Shown in pieces: positions 17,594 through 28,278 of a DNA stretch of 64,000 nt. Position numbers and translations under genes: made by a program. The DNA is from an uncultured Verrucomicrobiota bacterium (lineage in GTDB: Bacteria > Verrucomicrobiota > Kiritimatiellia > CAIQIC01 > Lenti-01): positions 11,045 to 75,044 of the forward strand of contig CALKWZ010000076.1 in the NCBI GenBank assembly GCA_938003985.1, in the 5' to 3' direction. The notes below the pieces were generated by a model, which worked only from the letters and a program-made list of their open reading frames with translations, ran no database searches and was not told the origin of the DNA. How positions within the stretch are numbered: the stretch's first letter is position 1; every line of letters starts with the position of its first letter.

Positions 17594-20500
17594 ATGAAGA
17601 ACAAGTTTGTTCGTCTGGGCTTGTGCCTGTTGGCGGGATGGGGGCTGGCGGCGGTCTCCGCGCAGGCCGTGCAGGTGCGCATTGCGGACTTCAACGTGGC
17701 GTTCGGCCTCGATACGAACGACGACCGAGGCACGACCAACGACGTCGATTACGTGGCGGTGTCGAACACCCTCCGGCGCGTGCAGCCGGACATCGTGTGT
17801 TTCCAGGAACTGTATGCCGACGAAGACATGCAGGCCTGGATCGCGCTGGCCGCCCAGTTGGGCTATCCGTATTACGCGATGTCGACGGGCGGTTCGCTCG
17901 ACAACTCCATGCGCACGGGCGTCTGGAGCAAGTATCCCATCACGGGCACGGACCTGATCAAGGAAACCTATTACGATCCCGCCGCCGTGGAAATCATGCG
18001 CTGGCCGATCGTGGCGAAGATCGAAGTGCCCGGCGCCCTGTATCCCCTCTACGTGGCCTCGACCCACAACAAGGCCGGCACGACGACCAAATCCGCCCGC
18101 CTGCAGCGCGCGTTCGAAATTTACCGCACCGTCCAATACTTCAACCGCCTGGTCGCTTCCAACCCCACGGAAAACGTCCAGTACGCGATCATGGGCGATT
18201 TCAACGACGACATCGGGTTGACCCAGAACGACTTTTTCGACCAGGCCTACTATCTGTCCGTCGACCAGGATCTCGGCAACACCACGGCCACGTTCAACGA
18301 CGGGTTCGACATCCCGTGGAACACCAACGCCAGCTGGACGCTGCCCTACAGCAAGTATCCGACCGAGCGGCTGTCCTACGTCGACATGGGCTGGATCAAC
18401 CCGGTCCACACGGGCACCAACCTGACCTGGACGCACTACTACGTGACCGAAAGCGGCCGCTACCGCCTCGACTACATCCTCTTCAGCGACGAAATCATGA
18501 ACAGCGCCTACGGGGCGCCGACGGGCGAGATCTACAACGCGGAATTCGACGGCCCGGGCGTCGGCCTCTACAAGCCCGGACCCGTTCCGCCGAGCACCAC
18601 CAGCTACGACGCTTCGGACCACCGGATGCTGTTCGCGGACTTCCACCTGATCGACGCGGTGCCGGGCATCACGCCGGTCGCCATCCTCAGCGAAGTGGTG
18701 GACCATTCCGCCACGAACGGCACCTACGTCGAAATCTGCAATTCCGGCAGCTCCGCGCTGGATCTGGCGGGCTACGAGCTGGGCGTGTACCTGAACGGCT
18801 CGACGAACCCGACCAAGATCGCGCTGAGCGGCACGATCGCGGGCGGCGGCACCCACGTGGTGGCGACCTCGACCAATGGCTTCCAGACCTACTGGGGGCT
18901 GACCCCGGACCAGACGGCCGGCATCGTGGGCTCCCTCAACGGCAACGACACGGTGGCGCTGATCAAGCCCAACGGATCCGTCTCGGACGTTTTCGGCCAG
19001 ATTGGCGCCGTGCCCGGCGCCTGGACGTTCACGGACAAGGCCGCCGCCCGCAAGGCGGGGGTGAGCGATCCGCTCGCGACGTGGGATTCCAACGAGTGGA
19101 CGATCGTGTCCTACACGAACGCGACGCCGGGCTGGCACCAGGCCCTGGCCGCCGCCGAAGCCTACGTGTCCGCCGGGCCCGCGCTCGATCCCGCGGCGCC
19201 CCGGGCGACGAACACGTTCGCCATCTCGGTCGGCATCACCCCGAACATGCTGGCCTCCAACCTCGCCGCGACGGGCGTCTTCCGCGTGGCGGGCGGCAGC
19301 TGGATCGGCGCGGCCATGACCAACCAGGGCACGGTCTGGCGGACGCCCCAGCTCAACGTCTCGAAGGAGCAGGGCGACGTGCTCGACTACTACGTGCGCT
19401 TCTCGTTCCAAGGGCCGGAAGGGCTCCACACCAATGCCACCGTCACCAATGCCTACACCTTCCCGGTCTTCGGCTCGTCCACCAACCTGAAGCCGATGTT
19501 CAACGAAGTGCAGTCCGACGGCAACGGCACGGACACCAACGAATTCATCGAACTCGTCGCGCCGGCAGGGCTCGATTTGCAGGGGTACCGGATCGAACAC
19601 CGCAACGGCGCCGACGCCACCGACGGGCCGGTCTGGACCTTCACATTCCCGGCCTTCGTCGTGCCGGACGACGGCGTGCTGGCCGTGGGCGACGTGCCGC
19701 TGGGCTTCGCGGTCGTTTCCCAGAATTCCAACTACGTCGCCAACACCGATTTCATCCTGCCGGGCGGGTTGCTGAATTCGGGCGACGGCCTCATCCTCTA
19801 CGACGCGCAAAGCAATATCCTGGACGCGGTGGTCTATTTGGGCGCCACGTACGACATCGGCGTGGACGATCCCGCCACCGTGTCGAAAGAGGTGCCGCCC
19901 GGCAGCAAGAACTATCTGCATGAAATCGGGACCGACTCGACGACGGACACGACCCCGCAGGCGCCCAACAACGTGCTGATGGCGACCAACGGCACGTGGG
20001 CCAACGCCACGGCTACGCCGGGGGCGCTCAACGCCCAGCAGCAAAGCGGCAGCATCATCATGGCGCCGGGCGACGGCGATCTGGACGCGTTCCTGGACGA
20101 CGTGGACAACTGTCCCGAAACCTTCAACCCGACCCAAACCGACACGGACGGCGACGGCCAGGGCGACGCCTGCGATGCGGACATCGACGGCGACGGCGAC
20201 CTGAACGCCAACGACAACTGCCCGTATCTGCCCAACGCGAACCAATCGGACATCGACGGCGACGGCATCGGCGACGCGTGCGATCCGGACGCCGACGGCG
20301 ACGGCATCCCCAACGAAGAGGATCCCAACCCGCTCTATTCCGGCAACATCAACCTCGATTTCGAGGATGCGGCCCTGAAAGACACGTATACGGACTACAC
20401 GCCCAAGTCGATCGCCGGCCGGATGTGGGTGATCTCCAACGCGCTGGTGGTTTCAACCAGCGACGTGAACAACCGCATCGAGGGCGAGCGGGGCGTGCAT

Positions 20501-23467
20501 CTGCGCGGCACCGTCGGCGGCATTTACCTGCAAGGGACGCTGACCAACGGCATCGGCGACTTCCGGATCGCCTACGCCCGCTACGGGACGGACAAGGGCT
20601 TGAATTTCAAGGCCGAATACGACGCCGGTTCCGGATGGACCACGATCACCACGGGCAGCACCTTGAACGTCACGGCCCTGAAGACGAACGCGGTCACGGT
20701 CAACGTCGTCGGCCCGGTGGATTTCCGCATCACGTGGACCGGCGGCAGCACCCGCGACGAAGCCAATCTGGACAACGTCTGGATCACGTCCTACGTGCCG
20801 CCGGAGACCGGCCAGGCGGAATGCGCGCTCGATGCGGCGGTAGCGGCCGCCTTTGACGGCTCCGCCCAGACGAACACGTTCACGGTCACGCCGGCCGGCA
20901 TCCCGTACGCGGTGACCTATGCGCCGGCGAATCCGGTGGAAATCGGCACCTATACCGCCACGGTCGTCATCCCCGACGGCGACTACCTGCTGGGCGGGAC
21001 GTTCGTCTACCCCAATTCCGTGACGATCACCCAGGGCGTGGCCACCTGCGAGATGGCCGCGCCGATCTCCACGGGCTACGACGGCCTCCTGCACACGAAC
21101 ACGTTCGCGGTGACGACGGGGTTGGCGTGGACGGTGAGCTACGCGCCGACGAATCCGGTGGACCCGGGCACCTACGACGCCACGGTGACGGTGACCGGCG
21201 ACAGCCACTACCAAGGCGGCACCTTCGTCTTCAGCAACGCCGTGACGATCGCGGACGGGCAGGCTGCCGCCACGCTGGACGAGGCGCTCGTCGTTAACTA
21301 CGACGGCCAGGTTCACACCAACACCTTCACGGTGACGCCGGGACTGGCCTGGTCCGTGGCCTATTCGCCATCCCTTCCGGTGGCCGTCGGGGTCTACGAC
21401 GCCACGGTGGCGGTGACCGGCAACGCCCAGTACGTCGGGACGACCAACGTGTTTGCCTCGGCCGTGGTCATCCAGCCGGCCGGCGGCGGCGGCACCGCCA
21501 TCGGCGATCCGTACGTCGTCGACTTCGACTGCGGCGGCGTGCCCAGCGCCGTCTACGGACCGCACACGAATACCCTGAACGCCGTCAACCCCACGCAGTG
21601 GTTCCTCGACAACGCCTACCGCGGCAGCACCGCGACCGACGTCAAGAACTCGGGCTGCGGCACGACCAACTCGATCCGCCTGCGCTTCGTGAGCGCCGCG
21701 GCCACGACCAACGGCGTGGTGCAGAGCCTGACGCCGTTCTCCAACGGCATCCATTCGGTGGCCTTCAACTACGCGATGTTCAGTTCCGACACCGCCGGCA
21801 CCTTCGCCCTGCAGACCAGCACCGACGGCACGAACTGGACCACCCACACCAACGTGGTCGCCAACGGCATCACCGGCACGTTCGCCTACCTGTCGAACAC
21901 GATCAGCGTCGCCCAGTCGGCCTATCTGCGCCTCAAGATGGTGGACGGCACCGCCGGCCACCGCGTCAACGTCGACGACGTCGTGGTGCTGCCCTACGCG
22001 GGCATGTCCCAGGCCGACGTCTCGCTGTCCAATCTGTCCCAGACCTACGACGGCGCGGCCAAGACCGCGACGGTGACGACTTCGCCCACGGGGTTGGCCA
22101 CGGCCGTGTCCTACAACGGGTCCTATGCGGCGCCGTCGAACGCCGGCAGCTATACCGTGGTGGCCACGGTCATCGAAGCCGGCTATACCGGCAGCGCCAC
22201 CGGCACGCTGACGATCGCGAAGGCCGCGGCCGGCGTGACGTTGACGGACCTTCTCCAGACCTACGACGGCGCCGCGCGGCCCGCGGCGGCGACGTGCGTG
22301 CCGGCCGTGGCGTATGCGTTGACCTACGACGGTTCGTCGGCGGCCCCCACGAACGCGGGGAGCTATACCGTCGTGGCGAGCGTGACCGACGCCAACTACC
22401 AGGGCGGCGCCACCGGCACGCTGGTCGTGGCCAAGGCCGAAGCTTCGGTGGCGTTCGACAGCCTGTCGGCCGCCTACGACGGCACGGGCAAAGCCGCCGT
22501 CGCGTCCACCGAACCGGAAGGCCTGGCCGTGAACCTGACCTACGACGGGTCCGCCGCGCTGCCCGTGGCCGTCGGCTCCTACGCCGTGGTCGCCGCCGTC
22601 CTCGAGGCCAACTACCAGGGCGGGGCGACCGATACCTTCACGATCGCCAAGGGCGCCGCCGCGGTCACGCTGACGGGCTTGGCCCAGACCTACGACGGGA
22701 CGCCCAGGAGCGCGGGCGCGACCACCGAACCGGTGGGCCTGAGCGTGAACCTGACCTACGACGGCTCGGCGACGGCCCCGACCGCGGCCGGCAGCTACGC
22801 CGTGACCGGCACCGTGGCCGACGCGAACTACGCGGGCGCCGCCACCGGCACGCTGGTCGTGGCCAAGGCCGCCGCGACGGTCGCGCTGTCCGGCCTGTAC
22901 CACGTCTACGACGGCTACGCCAAGAGCGCGACGGTGACCACCGATCCGGTCGGCCTCAACGCGGCCGTGACCTACGACGGTTCGGCGTCCGCGCCGACCG
23001 CCACGGGCAGCTATGCCGTGGTCGCGACGTTGGCGGAAGCCAACTATCAGGGGGCGGCCACGGGCACGTTGACGATCGCCGCGGAAGGCGCGGATCCTTT
23101 CGTGCAATGGCTGCAGGACCAGGAACTCGATCCGGGCGACAGCCGCTACGACGAAACGGCCGACGACGACGGCGACGGCATGACCACCTACGACGAGTAC
23201 GTGGCCGACACCGCGCCGGACAGTTCCAACAGCGTGCTGAAACTCTCGGGCACCTACGTGCGCGCCGGCGCCAGCAACGCCACCGGCAAGATCCTGTTCT
23301 CGTTCCCGGCCAGCACCGGGCGCTTCTACCAGTTGCTCTACAAGACCAATCTGTTCACCCCCATGCTGACCAACAATCTGGGGTGGGGCGTGCCCGGCAT
23401 GGTCGTCACCAACGACTCGCTCGGCGCTTGGTTCGGAGACGTCCGCGTCCGGCTGTCGGAACCCTAG
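17594..23467 (+). CDS. Giant secreted multidomain nuclease/adhesin: EEP nuclease + 2 lamin-tail domains + TSP3 Ca-binding repeats + about 8 MBG-like repeats + C-terminal TSP3-like tail module
   Basis: 1957 aa.
- Signal peptide [25 protein letters not shown].
- EEP motifs ([42 protein letters not shown]).
- LTD segments ([17 protein letters not shown]; [21 protein letters not shown]).
- TSP3 run [50 protein letters not shown] at about 20063..20335.
- Five tandem repeats of about 76 aa of type TYDG..K.A.VTT.P.GL....TYDGS...P..AGSY.V.A.....NY.G.ATGTL.I.KA at about 22010..23090.
- Three divergent copies at about 20820..21490. Confidence 0.85.
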   Translation: MKNKFVRLGLCLLAGWGLAAVSAQAVQVRIADFNVAFGLDTNDDRGTTNDVDYVAVSNTLRRVQPDIVCFQELYADEDMQAWIALAAQLGYPYYAMSTGGSLDNSMRTGVWSKYPITGTDLIKETYYDPAAVEIMRWPIVAKIEVPGALYPLYVASTHNKAGTTTKSARLQRAFEIYRTVQYFNRLVASNPTENVQYAIMGDFNDDIGLTQNDFFDQAYYLSVDQDLGNTTATFNDGFDIPWNTNASWTLPYSKYPTERLSYVDMGWINPVHTGTNLTWTHYYVTESGRYRLDYILFSDEIMNSAYGAPTGEIYNAEFDGPGVGLYKPGPVPPSTTSYDASDHRMLFADFHLIDAVPGITPVAILSEVVDHSATNGTYVEICNSGSSALDLAGYELGVYLNGSTNPTKIALSGTIAGGGTHVVATSTNGFQTYWGLTPDQTAGIVGSLNGNDTVALIKPNGSVSDVFGQIGAVPGAWTFTDKAAARKAGVSDPLATWDSNEWTIVSYTNATPGWHQALAAAEAYVSAGPALDPAAPRATNTFAISVGITPNMLASNLAATGVFRVAGGSWIGAAMTNQGTVWRTPQLNVSKEQGDVLDYYVRFSFQGPEGLHTNATVTNAYTFPVFGSSTNLKPMFNEVQSDGNGTDTNEFIELVAPAGLDLQGYRIEHRNGADATDGPVWTFTFPAFVVPDDGVLAVGDVPLGFAVVSQNSNYVANTDFILPGGLLNSGDGLILYDAQSNILDAVVYLGATYDIGVDDPATVSKEVPPGSKNYLHEIGTDSTTDTTPQAPNNVLMATNGTWANATATPGALNAQQQSGSIIMAPGDGDLDAFLDDVDNCPETFNPTQTDTDGDGQGDACDADIDGDGDLNANDNCPYLPNANQSDIDGDGIGDACDPDADGDGIPNEEDPNPLYSGNINLDFEDAALKDTYTDYTPKSIAGRMWVISNALVVSTSDVNNRIEGERGVHLRGTVGGIYLQGTLTNGIGDFRIAYARYGTDKGLNFKAEYDAGSGWTTITTGSTLNVTALKTNAVTVNVVGPVDFRITWTGGSTRDEANLDNVWITSYVPPETGQAECALDAAVAAAFDGSAQTNTFTVTPAGIPYAVTYAPANPVEIGTYTATVVIPDGDYLLGGTFVYPNSVTITQGVATCEMAAPISTGYDGLLHTNTFAVTTGLAWTVSYAPTNPVDPGTYDATVTVTGDSHYQGGTFVFSNAVTIADGQAAATLDEALVVNYDGQVHTNTFTVTPGLAWSVAYSPSLPVAVGVYDATVAVTGNAQYVGTTNVFASAVVIQPAGGGGTAIGDPYVVDFDCGGVPSAVYGPHTNTLNAVNPTQWFLDNAYRGSTATDVKNSGCGTTNSIRLRFVSAAATTNGVVQSLTPFSNGIHSVAFNYAMFSSDTAGTFALQTSTDGTNWTTHTNVVANGITGTFAYLSNTISVAQSAYLRLKMVDGTAGHRVNVDDVVVLPYAGMSQADVSLSNLSQTYDGAAKTATVTTSPTGLATAVSYNGSYAAPSNAGSYTVVATVIEAGYTGSATGTLTIAKAAAGVTLTDLLQTYDGAARPAAATCVPAVAYALTYDGSSAAPTNAGSYTVVASVTDANYQGGATGTLVVAKAEASVAFDSLSAAYDGTGKAAVASTEPEGLAVNLTYDGSAALPVAVGSYAVVAAVLEANYQGGATDTFTIAKGAAAVTLTGLAQTYDGTPRSAGATTEPVGLSVNLTYDGSATAPTAAGSYAVTGTVADANYAGAATGTLVVAKAAATVALSGLYHVYDGYAKSATVTTDPVGLNAAVTYDGSASAPTATGSYAVVATLAEANYQGAATGTLTIAAEGADPFVQWLQDQELDPGDSRYDETADDDGDGMTTYDEYVADTAPDSSNSVLKLSGTYVRAGASNATGKILFSFPASTGRFYQLLYKTNLFTPMLTNNLGWGVPGMVVTNDSLGAWFGDVRVRLSEP

Positions 23468-23592
23468 CCGCCGCAATCGGATCCGACCCCCAGGCACGTT
23501 TTCGTCGCGCCGCCGATAAAACGCTTCGACAAACCGCGCGCGTTTTGCCATATTCGCGGTTCGACCAATCGGGTCGGAGGAGTGATTCGCGC

Positions 23593-25122
23593 ATGAAATT
23601 TCCAAGAGCGTCCGGTGTACTGCTGCATCCCACGTCGCTGCCCGGTCCCTACGGCATCGGCGAAATCGGTCCCGAAGCGGACCGCTTCGTCGACTTCCTG
23701 CAGGCCACCGGCCAGCACCTGTGGCAGATCCTCCCGCTCGGGCCCACCAGCTTCGGCGACAGCCCGTACCAGTCGCCCTCGACCTTCGCCGGCAATCCGC
23801 TGTGGATCAGCTTCGACCTGCTCCTCAAAGACAAGCTGCTGACCAAGACCCAGCTCAAGAATTTCCCGGCGTTCCCGGCGGACAAAGTGGACTTCGGCCC
23901 CGTCATCCAGGCCCGCTTCGCCGTGCTGGCGAAAGTCTGCGCCGCCTTCGGCGACATGGCCTCGCCCGAGATGCAGGCGGAATTCGCGGCCTTCTGCGCG
24001 CGCAGCGCGGACTGGCTCGACGACTACGCGCTCTTTTCCGCGCTGAAGGACGCCCACGGCGGCGTGCCGTGGACGCAGTGGGAACCGGAACTCGGCCGGC
24101 GCGATCCCGCCGCCCTCGGCGCCGCGCGCGAAAAATTCGCCGCGGAAATCCGCGCCGTGAAGATCGTCCAGTATCTCTTCGAGCGCCAGTGGAAGCGCTT
24201 GCGGGCCTATGCCGCCGCGCGCCGCATCCAGTTCGTCGGCGACATTCCCATCTTCGTCGCGCACGACAGCGCCGACGTCTGGGCGCATCCGCACCTGTTC
24301 TTCCTCAAGCCCGACGGCCAGCCCAGCGTTGTCGCCGGCGTCCCGCCGGACTACTTCAGCGCCACCGGCCAGCTCTGGGGCAACCCGCTCTACAACTGGG
24401 AAGCCCACCAGGCCCAGGACTACGACTGGTGGATGGCCCGCCTGCGCCGCATCTTCGAACTGGTCGATATCGTCCGCATCGACCACTTCCGCGGCTTCGA
24501 GGCTTTCTGGGAAATCCCCGGCGGCGAAACCACCGCCATCCGCGGCAAGTGGGTCAAGGGGCCCGACCAGCATCTGTTCGAGGTTCTGTTGCGGCGCATG
24601 GGCGCCTTGCCGATCATCGCCGAAGATCTCGGCGTCATCACGCCGCCCGTCGAAGCCCTGCGCGACCGGTTCGAGTTCCCCGGCATGCGCATCCTGCAGT
24701 TCGCCTTCGGCAACGACGATCGCGCCGCCGAGTTCCGGCCCGAGAGCTATCCCGCCCATTGCTGTGTCTACACCGGCACCCACGACAACGACACCACGGT
24801 CGGCTGGTTCCGCAGCGAAGCGGGCCCGGGCAGCACCCGCACGGCCGAGGAAATCGCCGCCGAGCGCAAGATGATCCTCGATTACCTGGGGACCGACGGC
24901 CGCGAAATCCACTGGGATTTGATCGGCCTCGGTTCGCGCTCCAACGCCAACACCTTCGTCGTGCCGCTGCAGGACCTGCTCGGCCTGGGCTCCGAAGCCC
25001 GCATGAACACCCCCGGCGTCGCCGGCGGCAACTGGCAGTGGCGCTTCACGTGGAACCAGCTCACGGACGAAATCCGCGACCGGTTCGCCTACGTGACCCG
25101 CGCCACCGGCCGCATGCACTGA
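23593..25122 (+). CDS. malQ: 4-alpha-glucanotransferase (amylomaltase, GH77)
   Basis: Start MKFPRASGVLLHPTSLPGPYGIGE at 23593, inside tracked ORF 21598..25122. Motifs GDSPYQS, RIDHFRGF, IIAEDLG and YTGTHDNDT. Confidence 0.9.
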   Translation: MKFPRASGVLLHPTSLPGPYGIGEIGPEADRFVDFLQATGQHLWQILPLGPTSFGDSPYQSPSTFAGNPLWISFDLLLKDKLLTKTQLKNFPAFPADKVDFGPVIQARFAVLAKVCAAFGDMASPEMQAEFAAFCARSADWLDDYALFSALKDAHGGVPWTQWEPELGRRDPAALGAAREKFAAEIRAVKIVQYLFERQWKRLRAYAAARRIQFVGDIPIFVAHDSADVWAHPHLFFLKPDGQPSVVAGVPPDYFSATGQLWGNPLYNWEAHQAQDYDWWMARLRRIFELVDIVRIDHFRGFEAFWEIPGGETTAIRGKWVKGPDQHLFEVLLRRMGALPIIAEDLGVITPPVEALRDRFEFPGMRILQFAFGNDDRAAEFRPESYPAHCCVYTGTHDNDTTVGWFRSEAGPGSTRTAEEIAAERKMILDYLGTDGREIHWDLIGLGSRSNANTFVVPLQDLLGLGSEARMNTPGVAGGNWQWRFTWNQLTDEIRDRFAYVTRATGRMH

Positions 25123-25153
25123 GCGGCCGCATTCTCGGGGTTGCGGGCCCCGC

Positions 25154-25201
25154 GGCCTTGCGCCGTGGGGGAGCCAACTTGGCCACCCACGGCGCAAGGC
25201 C
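25154..25201. terminator. 16-bp perfect GC-rich stem-loop between convergent genes (no U-tract)
   Basis: ggccttgcgccgtggg (25154..25169) pairs with cccacggcgcaaggcc (25186..25201) across a 16-nt loop. It lies between the malQ stop and the stop of the minus-strand gene at 25284. Confidence 0.45.
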
Positions 25202-25226
25202 GTGGGGGTGCCGATCCATCGCAAAG

Positions 25227-25255
25227 AAAAGCCCCGGCCTGCCGACCGGGGCTTT
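25227..25255. terminator. Bidirectional intrinsic terminator-like hairpin
   Basis: aaaaGCCCCGGcctgccgaCCGGGGCttt has a 7-bp GC stem flanked by an A-run and a T-run. It sits in a convergent intergenic region. Confidence 0.55.
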
Positions 25256-25283
25256 CTCATGCCGTCGCGCCGCGCGCGGAAAC

Positions 25284-25625
25284 TCAATACCAGCCGGGCC
25301 GTGGTCCGTGGGGGCGGCGATGGCAGGGCGGCGGCGGGGCATAATACCCGTAATACGGCGTCGGGGCCGGCACCGGAACCGGCGCGGGCACCGGTTGGTA
25401 GTAATAATAGACCGGCGGGGGCGGGGGCGGCGGCGGCGGCGGCGCCACGTAGACGGTTTCGGCCTGGGCCGCGCCGGCGAGCATGGCGCCGGCGATCACG
25501 CCGATCACGGCGCCGGCGAACACGTCGCCGGACCGGTGGTGGTGTCGCGCCGAAGCGGTCAGGGGCAGGGCCAGGGCGGCGGCGGCCCCGACGGCGACGA
25601 GCTTGGTGGTGAGGCTGGTTTTCAT
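25284..25625 (-). CDS. Small secreted/membrane glycine-zipper protein with Pro/Tyr-rich tail
   Basis: Signal peptide MKTSLTTKLVAVGAAAALALPLTASA, glycine-zipper segment GAVIGVIAGAMLAGAA, then PPPPPPPPPPPVYYYYQPVPAPVPVPAPTPYYGYYAPPPP. Confidence 0.5.
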   Translation of the reverse strand: MKTSLTTKLVAVGAAAALALPLTASARHHHRSGDVFAGAVIGVIAGAMLAGAAQAETVYVAPPPPPPPPPPVYYYYQPVPAPVPVPAPTPYYGYYAPPPPCHRRPHGPRPGWY

Positions 25626-25834
25626 GTCGGTTTCTCCGGGGATATTCTTTCGCTCATTCCCACAAGTCGCCGCTTCGGCGCGAAAGGTTACGCTCGCGGG
25701 GCCGGCAGCACGAATAGTCCTGCATGAGATGGTGGCGGGCGCGACCTGCGCCGAAGAACGCCATGCGACCGCAAATTTCCGTTGTGCGGGGCGGGACAGG
25801 CGAGGATGATGGTTGCCAACGCGGAGGAAATCGC

Positions 25835-27169
25835 ATGCGCATGCCGAACGTGGGACCGTCGGACGTCTTGTTCGCCTTGGAATCGAAGCCGCCGCTGCGG
25901 GTGGCGCTGGGGGCCGCCTTCCAGCATTTGCTGGCGATCTTCGCGGGGATCGTGACGCCGGCGCTCATCGTGTGCGGGCTGTGCGGGGCCCCGCCGGCGC
26001 TGACGCGCCAGGTGGCCGGGGCGTCGCTCTTCATCTCGGGCGTGGCGACGTTCATCCAGATCCACCGCTTCGGCGCCCTGGGCTCGGGCCTGCTGAGCAT
26101 CCAGGGCACGAGTTCGAGCTTCATCGCGATCTTCGCGGGCATGGCCGCGGCCGGCACGGCGCGCGGGGATTCCCCGGAGCAGATGCTGGGGCTGATGATG
26201 GGCATGGGGCTGGTCTGCGCGCTGACGGAAGTGGGCTTCAGCCAGGTGCTGCCGTGGATGCGGCGGATCATCACGCCGCTGGTGGCGGGCATCGTCATCA
26301 CGCTGATCGGGCTGACGCTCATCAAGGTGTCGGCGATGCAGATCGGCGGCGGCGAGGGCGGGACGTTCGGCGCGCCGCGCGACGTGGCGCTGGCGGCGTT
26401 CACCGCCGCGGTCGTGCTGGGGCTGAACCGGATGGGGAATCCGTGGTGCCGGATGGGGGCGCTGATGTTCGGCATCGTGGCCGGGACGGCCGTCGCCGCG
26501 CTGCTGGGCGCGGTGCGGGTGCCGCCGTGGGACGGCGCGTGGTTCCTCGCGCCGGTGCCGTTCCGGATCCCGCTGGCGTTCCGGTGGGAGTGGGCGTTGC
26601 CGGTCGCGCTGATGTATCTGGCCTCGACCATCGAGACGATCGGCGACATCACGGCGACGAGCATGGTGTCCGACGAGCCGACGGAAGGCGAAACCTACGA
26701 AAAGCGCCTCAGCGGCGGCATTTTGGCGGACGGACTGAATTCGATGCTGGCGACGATCTTCGGGTCGTTCCCGACGACGTCGTTCAGCCAGAACAACGGC
26801 GTAATCCAATTGACGGGCGTGGCGAGCCGCCGGGTGGGGCTGTGGATCGCCGTCTTCCTCATGGTGCTGGGGCTGGTGCCGGCCGTGTCGTGGGTGTTCA
26901 CGCTGGTGCCGCGCGCGGTATTGGGCGGGGCCACGCTGGTGATGTTCGGCACGGTGGCGGCGTCGGGCATCCGCCTGATGGGCGCGAACGGCATCGGGCG
27001 CAAGAGTTCGCTGGTGGTGGCGACGGGCCTGGGGGCGGGGCTGGCGGTGACGCTGGAGCCGCGGCTGCTGGCGCATTTCCCGGATTGGGCGCAGCAATTG
27101 TTCGGGTCCGGCATCATGACGGGCACGACGGCGGCGATCGGCGCGCAGGCGTTGGCCGGCAAGGATTGA
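25835..27169 (+). CDS. NCS2-family nucleobase:cation symporter (xanthine/uracil permease type)
   Basis: Start MRMPNVGPSD at 25835. Multi-TM protein with QHLLAIFAGIVTPALI and ..SFSQNNGVIQLTGVASR, typical of NCS2 permeases. Confidence 0.85.
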   Translation: MRMPNVGPSDVLFALESKPPLRVALGAAFQHLLAIFAGIVTPALIVCGLCGAPPALTRQVAGASLFISGVATFIQIHRFGALGSGLLSIQGTSSSFIAIFAGMAAAGTARGDSPEQMLGLMMGMGLVCALTEVGFSQVLPWMRRIITPLVAGIVITLIGLTLIKVSAMQIGGGEGGTFGAPRDVALAAFTAAVVLGLNRMGNPWCRMGALMFGIVAGTAVAALLGAVRVPPWDGAWFLAPVPFRIPLAFRWEWALPVALMYLASTIETIGDITATSMVSDEPTEGETYEKRLSGGILADGLNSMLATIFGSFPTTSFSQNNGVIQLTGVASRRVGLWIAVFLMVLGLVPAVSWVFTLVPRAVLGGATLVMFGTVAASGIRLMGANGIGRKSSLVVATGLGAGLAVTLEPRLLAHFPDWAQQLFGSGIMTGTTAAIGAQALAGKD

Positions 27170-27375
27170 ACGGAAGATCGCACCCGCGGGGCGCCGTTCG
27201 CTTTGTGCCGGCGCCGCATCCGCATTCGGCATCCAAACAGAATCCTAAACAACGGGCGATCTGCCGGTCTTCATTTTCTGGCGTTTTCCGCTAGACCCGT
27301 CCGGTGGGTTCCACTAGATTGGGCCTTCGAAATCTAGCGGTATTTTTCAATACGCATCGAAGAGAGGTAAATGCC

Positions 27376-27945
27376 ATGGCATCGTTCATGAAGGAACTGA
27401 AAGCGGAAATCGCCCGGCTGGCCCGGAAGGAAATCAAAAAGGAAGTCGCGCCCGTCCAGCGGATCAGCGCGTCGCGGCGCGGCATGATCGCCGACCTGCG
27501 CCGCCAGGTGGCCGCGCTGCAGCGCGACGTGGCGGACCTGCGCCGGGCCCTGGCCCGGGGCGGCCCGCTGCCGCTGGCGGTCCAGCCCGCGGAAATCGCC
27601 GCCGGCGACGACGGCCGCAAGGGCTTCTGGATCACGGGCAAGGGCGTGCGCAAGTTGCGCCTGCGTCTGGGCCTGACGCAGACTGAATTCGCGGCGCTGG
27701 CGAACGTCAGCGGCCAGACCGTCGTCAACTGGGAAGGCACGTCGGGCAAGATCCCGCTGCGCCGCAAGGATTCCGCCGCGCGCCTGCAGGAAATCCGCAA
27801 GATGAAGAAGCGCGACCTGAAGAAAGCCGCGGAAGCCAAAGCCCCGGCCAAGGCCAAAGCCAAGGCCAAGGCCAAAAAGGCCAAAGCCAAAAAAGCCAAG
27901 GCCCCGGCTCCGGCCAAGGTCGAAGCCGCCCCCAAGGCCGAATAG
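27376..27945 (+). CDS. XRE-type HTH protein with N-terminal coiled coil and histone-H1-like Lys/Ala C-terminal tail
   Basis: MASFMKELKAEIARLARKEIKK.. (coiled coil). HTH LRLRLGLTQTEFAALANVSGQTVVNWEG. Tail KKAAEAKAPAKAKAKAKAKKAKAKKAKAPAPAKVEAAPKAE. Confidence 0.7.
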   Translation: MASFMKELKAEIARLARKEIKKEVAPVQRISASRRGMIADLRRQVAALQRDVADLRRALARGGPLPLAVQPAEIAAGDDGRKGFWITGKGVRKLRLRLGLTQTEFAALANVSGQTVVNWEGTSGKIPLRRKDSAARLQEIRKMKKRDLKKAAEAKAPAKAKAKAKAKKAKAKKAKAPAPAKVEAAPKAE

Positions 27946-27970
27946 GCCGCCTTCGCCCAGCGCGAAACTA

Positions 27971-27998
27971 GCCGCACCCCCGGGTGCGGCTTTTTGTT
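27971..27998 (+). terminator. Rho-independent terminator
   Basis: GCCGCACccccggGTGCGGC followed by TTTTTGTT, 26 nt after the stop of the HTH gene. Confidence 0.7.
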
Positions 27999-28176
27999 GC
28001 CCCGGCGGATTCTTCGGACGGATTTCGATTGTCTGAAGCTGGCCCCGTTGGGGGCCGGCCATGGGCGAAACAGCCCACTCCGATACGTGGCAGCCCCGGC
28101 CTCACCGAGGCCAGCTACAACAAATCCCCCCTAGAGCATTTCCAAGAATGTCGTGCGAAGCCCTCTATGGAAGACA

Positions 28177-28246
28177 AAGACCGGGACGAGGGCGTCCCGG
28201 CTCCATTTCGATCCATCTTTGGAGCCCCCGACGCCCACGTCGGGGG
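28177..28246. repeat. Three-hairpin intergenic repeat element, copy 1
   Basis: aagaCCGGGACGagggCGTCCCGG-CTCCA..TTGGAG-CCCCCGACGcccaCGTCGGGGG. A near-identical element is present at 52654..52741. Located between convergent genes. Confidence 0.8.
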
Positions 28247-28278
28247 TTGATTGCAGCTACATGATATCTTGAACCGCT

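Noticed and set aside
20063-23090. Nucleotide-level repeats inside the giant gene as mobile or CRISPR-like repeats.
   Set aside because: They correspond to in-frame protein domain repeats (TSP3 and MBG-like modules) of a single continuous ORF.
25626-25834. Purine/guanine riboswitch upstream of the NCS2 nucleobase permease.
   Set aside because: I could not find the conserved purine-riboswitch core (the loop-loop UAUAAU..CCGUAA-type motifs, or the three-way junction) in either orientation. Only generic GC-rich sequence is present.
27800-27930. GCC-AAG/GCC-AAA tandem DNA repeat as a microsatellite or non-coding satellite.
   Set aside because: It is in frame within a well-supported CDS and encodes the Lys/Ala tail. 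It is followed by a canonical terminator.
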